DNA from: Prevotella sp.
GTDB taxonomy: Bacteria; Bacteroidota; Bacteroidia; Bacteroidales; Bacteroidaceae
Length of the DNA stretch: 64,000 nt
Assembly: GCA_016281815.1 (NCBI GenBank)
Contig: JAEEJK010000086.1
Span: 27,369 to 91,368 of the forward strand
Reading direction: 5' to 3'
Shown here: positions 1 to 7,657 of the stretch, piece after piece
How positions within the stretch are numbered: the stretch's first letter is position 1
How the letters are laid out: each line of letters starts with the position of its first letter
Notes under the pieces: model-generated
Database searches by the model: none
Told to the model about the DNA's origin: nothing
What the model saw: the letters and a program-made list of their open reading frames with translations, nothing else
Program-made: the position numbers and the translations under genes

Positions 1-8
1 CTGCCGGA

Positions 9-1223
9 GTGAAAGAGAACTACGACGTGCTCTACGACTGGGCCTACAACATCGGGAAGGGCACGCTCGACACCGACAAATGCATTTTCACGCGCGAGTG
101 GGGTGAATATGTCGATGACTGGTATGCCCACAATGCCATCAACCGAGCCGCCCGCGGATGGGGCGAGAAGGCGATGCTCGCAGCCGCCTTGTCACTCACC
201 GACACCTACGGCATGATGTACCATGGTCAGCGGCAGTTCATCGGCGGTTGCCAGTGGCATCCCTTCGACCATCAGCGTGGTTATCACCCCGATGCCTACC
301 TTGGTGGCATCTACGATGCTTTCCGTCAGAAGAAGTATGCTTTTGAGGCCTTCAGGTCACAGGTAAACGGTGAATATTTCGCTCCCATTGCAGAAGCCGA
401 AAAGAAGTTTGCCCCGATGGTGTTCATTGCCCATGAGATGACCCCGTTCTCCGACCACGATGTGGTGGTGTTCAGCAACTGCGACAGTGTGCGGCTGACT
501 GCCTACGAAGGAGATAAAGTCGCCACCCTGCCCATCATGCACGATGCGGAGGGCATCCCACATGCCCCGGCCGTGTTCAAGGATTTCTGGGACTCCTGGG
601 AAGCCCGTACCATCAGTTACACCAAGCGCAACTGGCAAAAAGTGTCGTTGCTCGCCGAGGGCATCAAAGACGGAAAAGTGGTCTGCTCTGAGAAGAAGAT
701 GCCGTCGCGCAGGAGCACGAAAATCCGGCTCTATGCCGATGAGATGGGTCGCCAGTTGGTGGCCGACGGCAGCGACTTCATCGTGGTGGTGGCAGAGATC
801 ACCGATGACAACGGCAATGTGCGCCGCAGCGCCATCGAGCACGTCACGTTCGACATTGAAGGCGAAGGGCGCATCATCAGCGATGACCGCATCATGGCCA
901 ATCCCCGTGTCGTGGAATGGGGCAGCGCACCCATCCTTGTCCGCAGCACCCATCAAGCCGGTAAAATCCGCATCATCGCCCGTCCTACCTACGAGGGCAT
1001 CCATGCCCCTGCCGCCGACACCTTGGAAATCAGCAGCGTACCTTACGAGGGAAAGATGTGCTACGAACTCAACAGCACGAGCAAGATGGCCAACCGTCCC
1101 GCTGGCTGGCGCAACGCAGGAGGGCGGCACATCCCCCGCACCCAGGAGAACCTCACCGAAGAGGAGCGCCGCAAGATGCTCGAGGAGGTGGAAAAGCAGC
1201 AGCAAGACTTCGGAATACAGTAA
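9..1223 (+). CDS. GH2 glycoside hydrolase (beta-galactosidase-like), C-terminal part; 5' truncated by the window edge
   Basis: The frame is open back to the window start. It shows a GH2 TIM-barrel end (FTREWGE, WHPFDHQRGY, GIYDAFRQKK), a DUF4982-like segment (VVVFSNCDSVRL) and a C-terminal Ig-like segment (LVADGSDFIVVVAEITDDNGN). Confidence 0.8.
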   Translation: MKENYDVLYDWAYNIGKGTLDTDKCIFTREWGEYVDDWYAHNAINRAARGWGEKAMLAAALSLTDTYGMMYHGQRQFIGGCQWHPFDHQRGYHPDAYLGGIYDAFRQKKYAFEAFRSQVNGEYFAPIAEAEKKFAPMVFIAHEMTPFSDHDVVVFSNCDSVRLTAYEGDKVATLPIMHDAEGIPHAPAVFKDFWDSWEARTISYTKRNWQKVSLLAEGIKDGKVVCSEKKMPSRRSTKIRLYADEMGRQLVADGSDFIVVVAEITDDNGNVRRSAIEHVTFDIEGEGRIISDDRIMANPRVVEWGSAPILVRSTHQAGKIRIIARPTYEGIHAPAADTLEISSVPYEGKMCYELNSTSKMANRPAGWRNAGGRHIPRTQENLTEEERRKMLEEVEKQQQDFGIQ

Positions 1224-1240
1224 GATTTGGGGATTTTGGA
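1221..1240 (+). repeat. 20-bp direct repeat, left copy (TAAGATTTGGGGATTTTGGA)
   Basis: Matches 6028-6047 (TAAAATTTGGGGATTTTGGA) with 1 mismatch and begins at the GH2 stop codon. Confidence 0.85.
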
Positions 1241-1245
1241 TGCAG

Positions 1246-1427
1246 CCTATAGCAGGACAAAACGGTGCAAATTGGCAAAAACGACTATCATTTCCATGAT
1301 TTGATAGTCGTTTTCTGCGTTTTGATAGTCCTTTTGCCACCCATTTCCCCTATTTTTGCCCCAGTATTCATTTAACAACTTAGCGACAGAAGAACTATGG
1401 ACAAGAAGACTTTTTTCTACTGGCTGC
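1246..1427 (+). repeat. 182-bp direct repeat R1 (AraC 3' remnant + promoter + first 10 codons of the lipoprotein)
   Basis: Matches 5820-6001 with 5 substitutions by manual alignment; offset 4574 bp. Confidence 0.95.
1278..1358 (+). promoter_or_regulatory. Putative AraC-type operator and Bacteroidota -7 promoter box
   Basis: AAAACGACTATCA (1278-1290) is inverted to TGATAGTCGTTTT (1302-1314). A direct copy TGATAGTCCTTTT (1323-1335) lies 21 bp later. TATTTTTG (TAnnTTTG consensus) is at 1351-1358. Confidence 0.65.
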
Positions 1428-4090
1428 TGCTGCCGGTGCTGCCCCTGTTGATGGCGGCGTGCTCAGAGAACAATAATGAAGAAAACGGAGGTAAGACCAC
1501 CCCCAACCCCAATGTGCCTGTCAGCAATGACGACTGGCAGACGGTTCCAGCCACAGGTGGCAGCATAGAGAAAGATGACATCGTGCTCACCTTCCCCTCT
1601 GGCACGTTCGGCAAAGACACGAAGGTGGCTATCACAGAGGTGAAGAAAGGCACCATCGGAGGCAAGTTTGAAGCATCGCCCTTCTATCAGGTTACCATGC
1701 CAGCCACCACAGCCGCACAAGTGAAAGTGAAGATAAAATGCTCAGAGGCAGCCGATGACATCGGTTTCGTCTTGCGCACTCCTGCACGGGCCACTTCCTC
1801 GCTCGAAGAGGTACAGCATGATAGTTATTGTGAAACAAGTCGCACCGGTGGCGAATATACAACAACTCTTCCTATATGCGACAACGGAGAGGACCCGGGC
1901 AATGTGAGTTTCACCATAGGCTTGGGACATGTGCCTGACGCGGACGCCATTGAAGCAAAAGCAATGACTCGGGCTTTTAATTCGGCTATATCATCAGGAG
2001 AATATGATGGTGTCAAGTACAAAATATATATTGGCTGGGGAGCATGGTGCATGTATGACGGCACCACCCTTGGTGAGTTGAAAGGACAATTCACACGAGA
2101 TCTGAAGAAATGCATAGAAGAAACCATCAAGCAGATTCACGCTTTGGGCTTCAGACTGAATGGGTCAGGCCGTACCATCCCATTTTATTATACAACAACA
2201 GAAAACTGGGGTGAGCATGTACAAAATGGTCTGAACAATAACATATGGACTTGTTTAGAACTGAGTGTACCAAAAATTAAGAATGCAGGTTATGTCGTGA
2301 CTGATGAACTAAAGCAGACAATGCTCCATGAGACATTCCATTACTATCAGTCGGACTATGACCCACGGTATTTTTCACTTTCAAAAGTCTTAAATGGAAA
2401 TGAAGAATCGCTTATTATGTATGAAATGGGAGCCGTATGGATAGAAAAATTCCGCAATAATGGATTGCTTAATACGGATTTCCAATTTGGAGACGGAATC
2501 CGTAGTGCTATAGATACGCATAATAATGTTTTAAGGTTAGGGGCATCGCGTGACGAGAATGACACAAAAGCCATGATTGTATTTGAAAAAAGCAAAGGGA
2601 AGGAGTTCCAGCAGCAAGGGTATGCCATGGCTCCCATGCTCTACTACCTTACCAGTCATTATTCATGCAAGGATGCCGATGTTGTTGAACTTTACAGTAA
2701 ACATTGGAAAAACAAGGATGTCCGTTCAACAGTAGTATCGCTGGCTTCCTGGTTTGAATCCAAAAATGGCTATAACTTTTTTGAGAATATTGAGCAAATT
2801 GACAGTTATTATCTGGCTTTATTCAAGGGAGAAATACTGAAGGACTTCTTTAAGAATTACAGACTTACTATTGGTAATTCAGCCATGATTATTAACGACA
2901 AGCCTGAAATATTCACCAAGGAAGGAAAGGTTTTTCCTTCCGGATGTGAGGCCAGGTTGGTGAAAATTAAAGGCTTTAAGGATAAGGACATTTCTGATTA
3001 TGAGGTTGTGATCAAGCAAGAATGTGAGGATGTGCACACCTATTTGCTATACGCTGACTGGAAGAATTCTGTCAAACAGGCTCCCGGCAAGGCAATAGGG
3101 AAAGATTCCATCGTCGTTGCGGGCAGCACCTTTGCAAACATAAAAAATAACGATAATGAAATAGAAGCCTATTTAGTCGTTCTAACCACCAGAAGTTATA
3201 ACAGTCAATATTCCACGGGCACCGAACCTACGCGTACAATTATTGAACTGAGGAAACGTGATGAAGACAAAAAGGAACTCAAGGTCATACCCGATTCATT
3301 GTTGTTCGAGGCCGAAGGCGGCACACAGACTGTAAAGGTGGAAGCCAAGGGATACAAACTTTATGGCGGCTTCTCCGGATCTGATTGCGAAGGGTGGATT
3401 ACCGTTGATAACGAAAAACTGGGCACCTTCACTGTGACAGCCACACCCAACAATACAGCCAATGAGCGCAAAGGCACCATATACGCATTCGGCACACAAA
3501 GCGAAAACCCGACGGCTGACAATACAGACTTTCTGCCTATCAAGGTGAGGCAGGAAGCAGGAGAACCTGAAGGATGGTATCTCATAAGAACAGAAATCAA
3601 CAAACGTGAAGATGAAGACAATGGGATGGGACATGTTGTGCATTATATGGCATCAGAAACCGAGCACTCCTATTCTGGTACATCTGTTGGTCGGAATTAT
3701 GAAAGTTATAACGTTGGGTTTAAATCCACGATAGAAGCCCCACTACCTTGGATAAAAGGTGGCGACTCGATTATTCTCCATACAACCATTAAAAGAACAT
3801 GCTCAGCATATGCTTATGCTTATATTCACGAAAACACAAGGCTCACATTTGAGGATGAGAGTATTGGCATGAACAATTCCAGTGACTATGCTGTATGGGG
3901 AGAGGTACGTAACTTGAAAGGAAGCACTACTGTTGGCATTTCTCCCGATGATCCCGCCTCTGGCGAGTGGGACTATGTTATTAGCATCCCGTCAGGCAGC
4001 AAAAAGAACGAACTGAGAGCCATTAACTTCAATGCCTGCGGCAGCCGCACCCACTGGGTCTACCAATGGGGAAGCAGTTCAGGGAAGTAA
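1397..4090 (+). CDS. Lipoprotein with a zincin-like HExxH metallopeptidase motif and a BACON domain (897 aa)
   Basis: Lipobox LLMAA-C, motif MLHETFHYYQ, and a BACON-like segment (LKVIPDSLLFEAEGGTQTV...GWITV...FTVTATPNNTANERKGTI). Confidence 0.7.
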   Translation: MDKKTFFYWLLLPVLPLLMAACSENNNEENGGKTTPNPNVPVSNDDWQTVPATGGSIEKDDIVLTFPSGTFGKDTKVAITEVKKGTIGGKFEASPFYQVTMPATTAAQVKVKIKCSEAADDIGFVLRTPARATSSLEEVQHDSYCETSRTGGEYTTTLPICDNGEDPGNVSFTIGLGHVPDADAIEAKAMTRAFNSAISSGEYDGVKYKIYIGWGAWCMYDGTTLGELKGQFTRDLKKCIEETIKQIHALGFRLNGSGRTIPFYYTTTENWGEHVQNGLNNNIWTCLELSVPKIKNAGYVVTDELKQTMLHETFHYYQSDYDPRYFSLSKVLNGNEESLIMYEMGAVWIEKFRNNGLLNTDFQFGDGIRSAIDTHNNVLRLGASRDENDTKAMIVFEKSKGKEFQQQGYAMAPMLYYLTSHYSCKDADVVELYSKHWKNKDVRSTVVSLASWFESKNGYNFFENIEQIDSYYLALFKGEILKDFFKNYRLTIGNSAMIINDKPEIFTKEGKVFPSGCEARLVKIKGFKDKDISDYEVVIKQECEDVHTYLLYADWKNSVKQAPGKAIGKDSIVVAGSTFANIKNNDNEIEAYLVVLTTRSYNSQYSTGTEPTRTIIELRKRDEDKKELKVIPDSLLFEAEGGTQTVKVEAKGYKLYGGFSGSDCEGWITVDNEKLGTFTVTATPNNTANERKGTIYAFGTQSENPTADNTDFLPIKVRQEAGEPEGWYLIRTEINKREDEDNGMGHVVHYMASETEHSYSGTSVGRNYESYNVGFKSTIEAPLPWIKGGDSIILHTTIKRTCSAYAYAYIHENTRLTFEDESIGMNNSSDYAVWGEVRNLKGSTTVGISPDDPASGEWDYVISIPSGSKKNELRAINFNACGSRTHWVYQWGSSSGK

Positions 4091-4134
4091 ATATAAAAGG
4101 CAAAAGGAAAGCGGTGATTATTTGAAAATAATCG

Positions 4135-4142
4135 TAACTTTG
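4135..4142 (+). promoter_or_regulatory. -7 promoter box TAACTTTG upstream of the AraC gene
   Basis: Matches TAnnTTTG(C), 23 bp before the ATG at 4165. Confidence 0.6.
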
Positions 4143-4164
4143 CACCATCATTTGTCATTTTGTC

Positions 4165-5826
4165 ATGAGTATTAAGGAAAGTATGCCGATGACACTCGTC
4201 ACCTTATTGATATTCCTGCTGCAGATTCCATTGCCTGCTGCTGCAGCGGAAGGACGCTACAAAGTGGTGAAAGTGGAGGCAGAACGGCTGCCCGACCTGA
4301 ACATTCCACGGTCGGGGCATGCCATCCTGAACGTCGGGGGCGAGATGACGGTGATTGGCGGCCACACCACGAACTTTGTGCCCACGCCGACAGCCGAATA
4401 TCTCAAGGATGGAGCCTGGCATGTGCTTCCTATGGCCTACAACCACGACAACGGCTTTGCCGCAGTGCTGCCATCTGGAGAGGTTATCATTGGCGGCGGA
4501 CATCAGGAGGAACTGGGCGTGGGGCAGACCTATACGCTGGAGAGATACGACCTGAAGAGCCGCACGTTCAAAGGCTTCGGTAGCCTGGATCGCCGCAGGG
4601 TGCTGGCCAATGCGACCACATTAGCCGACGGGCGCGTCATCATCAGCGGCAACCACTATGCACCCGACGCCATCGAGTGCTACGACGGGCAAAGCCAGGT
4701 GCAGCCCGTCAAGGAAGTGGCACAAGGGCGCAGCAATCCCTACATCCTGCCTATCAGCAATGGCGACATGCTCATCCTCGGCGGTAACGATGTGTACGAC
4801 CGCCATCCCGACACCATCTGGGTGGACCGTCTGAAAGGCAATGCCTTCCACGCTCCGCTGTTGGAACAGTGGCGACCCGTATACACCGACCAGCCCTTCG
4901 ACAGCCGGTGCTGTTCAACGGATGAAGACACTTATCTGCTGACGGCCAAAGACAAGAGCGGACAGTTGGCCATCGTCGAGGTGCGCGACACTACCTTCGC
5001 CTTGCTGCCCACCGTCTGCCCCATACCGATGCGATGCCAGTTCGGCCCTATTCTTTACAAAGGCCCCATCGTCATTGACAGACCCCGACGGCGCGGCTAC
5101 ATCATCGGTGTGGACAGCCTCTGCCACCGCCAGTTTGTGCTGGCTGTAGACTATGCCGTACACCCTGCACCTCTGACGCTCTACTACACAGATTCCCTGG
5201 AGCACTCCACCGTGACCATACCCACAATCAATTCTGACGGCGACCTCATCCTGACAGGCGGCAGCCCCGATGACAACTATAATCCGCTGACTACCGTCTG
5301 GTGTTATCATTTTGCCACCCCCATGCCTACTGCTGCCACTGCAGGGATACCATTTTGGCTGTGGGTAGTCATGGCAACGGCAGCAGCAGGCATCATCGCG
5401 TACATCATATTTATTCTTTGGCGTAGAAAGAAGCCCACAGCAGATATAGCACCTATCTCGGAGGATGATAGCGAATGGAACAAGGCAGATGACAAAACCG
5501 CCGACCTCATGGAGCGCATCAGCCGGCTCATGGATGAGGAACGGATCTATCTGCGCAGCGACCTAAAGTTGCAGGATGTGGCAGTGCGCCTCCGCTCGAA
5601 CAGCAGTTACGTCAGCGAGTGCATCAACAACGTTCATGGACAGACATTCTCACAGTTTGTCAACGCCTACCGCGTGCGCCATGCCCAGGAACTGATGCGC
5701 CAACAGCCCGACATGAAGACCGTCACCATTGCCACGGCATCGGGCTTCAGCACCGAGGTATCATTCTTCCGCAACTTCAAGGCCGTCGTCGGCATGACAC
5801 CCCGCGAGTGGATCGCATCCCTATAG
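4165..5826 (+). CDS. Membrane-anchored one-component AraC regulator with a Kelch-like periplasmic sensor (553 aa)
   Basis: Signal peptide; Kelch-like repeats (LPDLNIPRSGHAI...VIGGH, VIIGGGH, VIISGN, MLILGG); a TM helix (FWLWVVMATAAAGIIAYIIFILW); and a C-terminal AraC HTH (LKLQDVAVRL...SGFSTEVSFFRNFKAVVGMTPREW). Confidence 0.85.
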   Translation: MSIKESMPMTLVTLLIFLLQIPLPAAAAEGRYKVVKVEAERLPDLNIPRSGHAILNVGGEMTVIGGHTTNFVPTPTAEYLKDGAWHVLPMAYNHDNGFAAVLPSGEVIIGGGHQEELGVGQTYTLERYDLKSRTFKGFGSLDRRRVLANATTLADGRVIISGNHYAPDAIECYDGQSQVQPVKEVAQGRSNPYILPISNGDMLILGGNDVYDRHPDTIWVDRLKGNAFHAPLLEQWRPVYTDQPFDSRCCSTDEDTYLLTAKDKSGQLAIVEVRDTTFALLPTVCPIPMRCQFGPILYKGPIVIDRPRRRGYIIGVDSLCHRQFVLAVDYAVHPAPLTLYYTDSLEHSTVTIPTINSDGDLILTGGSPDDNYNPLTTVWCYHFATPMPTAATAGIPFWLWVVMATAAAGIIAYIIFILWRRKKPTADIAPISEDDSEWNKADDKTADLMERISRLMDEERIYLRSDLKLQDVAVRLRSNSSYVSECINNVHGQTFSQFVNAYRVRHAQELMRQQPDMKTVTIATASGFSTEVSFFRNFKAVVGMTPREWIASL

Positions 5827-6001
5827 CAGGACCAAACGGTGCAAATCGGCAGAAACGACTATCATTTCCATGATTTGATAGTCGTTTTCTGCGTTTTGAT
5901 AGTCCTTTTGCCGCCCATTTCCCCTATTTTTGGCCCAGTATTCATTTAACAACTTAGCGACAGAAGAACTATGGACAAGAAGACTTTTTTCTACTGGCTG
6001 C
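5820..6001 (+). repeat. 182-bp direct repeat R2
   Basis: Copy of 1246-1427. Includes the AraC stop codon, the operator motifs and TATTTTTG at 5925-5932. Confidence 0.95.
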
Positions 6002-6012
6002 GAATGCACTGA
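5971..6012 (+). pseudogene. 13-aa stub of the lipoprotein gene (MDKKTFFYWLRMH*)
   Basis: The first 10 codons are identical to the gene at 1397; the sequence then diverges and stops. Confidence 0.8.
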
Positions 6013-6027
6013 AAGAGGGCAGTGCAA

Positions 6028-6047
6028 TAAAATTTGGGGATTTTGGA
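6028..6047 (+). repeat. 20-bp direct repeat, right copy
   Basis: Matches 1221-1240 with 1 mismatch. Confidence 0.85.
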
Positions 6048-6050
6048 ACA

Positions 6051-6079
6051 TTTGACTATTTTTTCATCCAATAGTCAAA
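6051..6079 (+). terminator. Hairpin TTTGACTATT-N9-AATAGTCAAA
   Basis: Perfect 10-bp stem. It would follow the GH2 stop directly if the cassette were absent. Confidence 0.5.
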
Positions 6080-6107
6080 AATAAGCATGCCAAGAAGAAA
6101 ATGATGC

Positions 6108-6148
6108 AAAGACGGGTACAAATGGAGTTGGTACCCGTCTTTTCTTTT
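6108..6148 (+). terminator. Intrinsic terminator-like hairpin AAAGACGGGTAC-N11-GTACCCGTCTTT + T-tract
   Basis: Perfect 12-bp stem followed by TCTTTT. Confidence 0.65.
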
Positions 6149-6190
6149 AGAATCCTAAAATAACACATGTATAACCTACAACCAATTCTT

Positions 6191-7645
6191 ATGAACAAAT
6201 TTGTATCATGCAAGATGCTTTGCACAGGTGCTGTCATCGCTATGGGGACATGGCTGATGGTATCCTGCGCCGACACCTATGGTGATAACGACACGTTTAC
6301 AAGCAGTGTCCGCAACAGCCAGTTGGTGTCACCGGCAGAAAGCGACATCACCATCACGCCCAACACCGACGGTGACCGCATGACGATTGCCTGGCCCGTG
6401 GTCCATGGTGCCGGCGGCTATGAGGTGACACTCTATGACCGTGGCAACGAGAGCACGCCATTGGTGAACACCGTGGTGGACGGATGCAGTCTGACTACCT
6501 CTCGCGAGGAAGACGTCAACTACCGTCTGGTCATCCGTACCCTCGGCAACCAGAGTCTGGGCAACACCGATGCCGCCACAGGCACGGAGAAACTCTTCAG
6601 TTCGTTTGAGGCCTCCTATGCAGAAATCCCCGAGGGCGACCTGGGAGAGTATTTCGCCTCACATCCCCTGCCAGCGGACGCTGTGGGAGAGAACCTCAAC
6701 TTCGACTTAGTGGCAGGCGGACATTATACGCTTAACAGCGTGCTCGATTTTGGAGCCAACACCGTGACGCTGCGCTCCATGAGCAAGACCAACAGTGCCA
6801 CCATCACCTATGGTGAGAAAGGCGGTCTGGCCACCAGCAGCGGTTTCAAGGCCAAATACCTTATCCTTGAATGTGGAGCCTCCACACAACCCGTGCTTGC
6901 CCTCAGCGAGAATCCCGATCCCAATATCCTCGATGAGGAGCACAACAATTACTATCAGATCACCGACCCCATCAGTTTCCAAAACTGTGTCATCAACAAC
7001 GTAGTTCGCACATTCATGTTCGACAACAAGATAAAATACTGCGTGAAGACCTTCTCAATCACCAACTGTCTGGTGAAGTTCACTCCCGATGACAAGATGG
7101 GTTCGTCGGCCTACTTCCAGATTTACGACGGCGGCGGCTTCATCAATGACTTCACCGCCACCAACTGCACCTTCTGGTCGGCCAACGACAACAAAGTGAA
7201 CTATTTCATCCGCTACAACAACTCCTGCCGCTGCGACCGCGCCGGATACCTGACCAACTCCATCAACCTGCGCAACTGCACGATGTACAACATCGCCAAG
7301 ACAGGACAGATGGCCAACCACAGCGGTTTCGACGGCAGAGCCACCTCCAACTATGAGATAGTGAGCAATATCTTCGTCGATTGCGGAAGCGGTCAGGTGC
7401 CGCGCCGTCTGCTGGGACGTCTCAACACATCAGCCGTCAACACTTTTGCCTACAACACCTACTGGTTTGACGGAGCACCCGAGACTGAAGGATACACCAC
7501 CAACTCCTATGATGTCAGCACCAACGCGCTTCAGACCGACCCCGCCTTCGTGGATGCCGCCAATGGCAACTTCACACCGACGGGAGCCGAGCAAGTGGCC
7601 CGTAAGACCGGTGACCCCCGCTGGTGGAGCAATACAGAACAATAA
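6191..7645 (+). CDS. PUL surface lipoprotein, DUF4992/DUF4957-like (FN3-like N-terminus + beta-helix); ORF track start 6167
   Basis: Lipobox LMVS-C. Immediately upstream of susC. Beta-helix-type repeats (ISFQNCV, FSITNC, FTATNCT, INLRNCT, NTFAYNTY). Confidence 0.65.
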   Translation: MNKFVSCKMLCTGAVIAMGTWLMVSCADTYGDNDTFTSSVRNSQLVSPAESDITITPNTDGDRMTIAWPVVHGAGGYEVTLYDRGNESTPLVNTVVDGCSLTTSREEDVNYRLVIRTLGNQSLGNTDAATGTEKLFSSFEASYAEIPEGDLGEYFASHPLPADAVGENLNFDLVAGGHYTLNSVLDFGANTVTLRSMSKTNSATITYGEKGGLATSSGFKAKYLILECGASTQPVLALSENPDPNILDEEHNNYYQITDPISFQNCVINNVVRTFMFDNKIKYCVKTFSITNCLVKFTPDDKMGSSAYFQIYDGGGFINDFTATNCTFWSANDNKVNYFIRYNNSCRCDRAGYLTNSINLRNCTMYNIAKTGQMANHSGFDGRATSNYEIVSNIFVDCGSGQVPRRLLGRLNTSAVNTFAYNTYWFDGAPETEGYTTNSYDVSTNALQTDPAFVDAANGNFTPTGAEQVARKTGDPRWWSNTEQ

Positions 7646-7657
7646 AAAGGACAAGAT

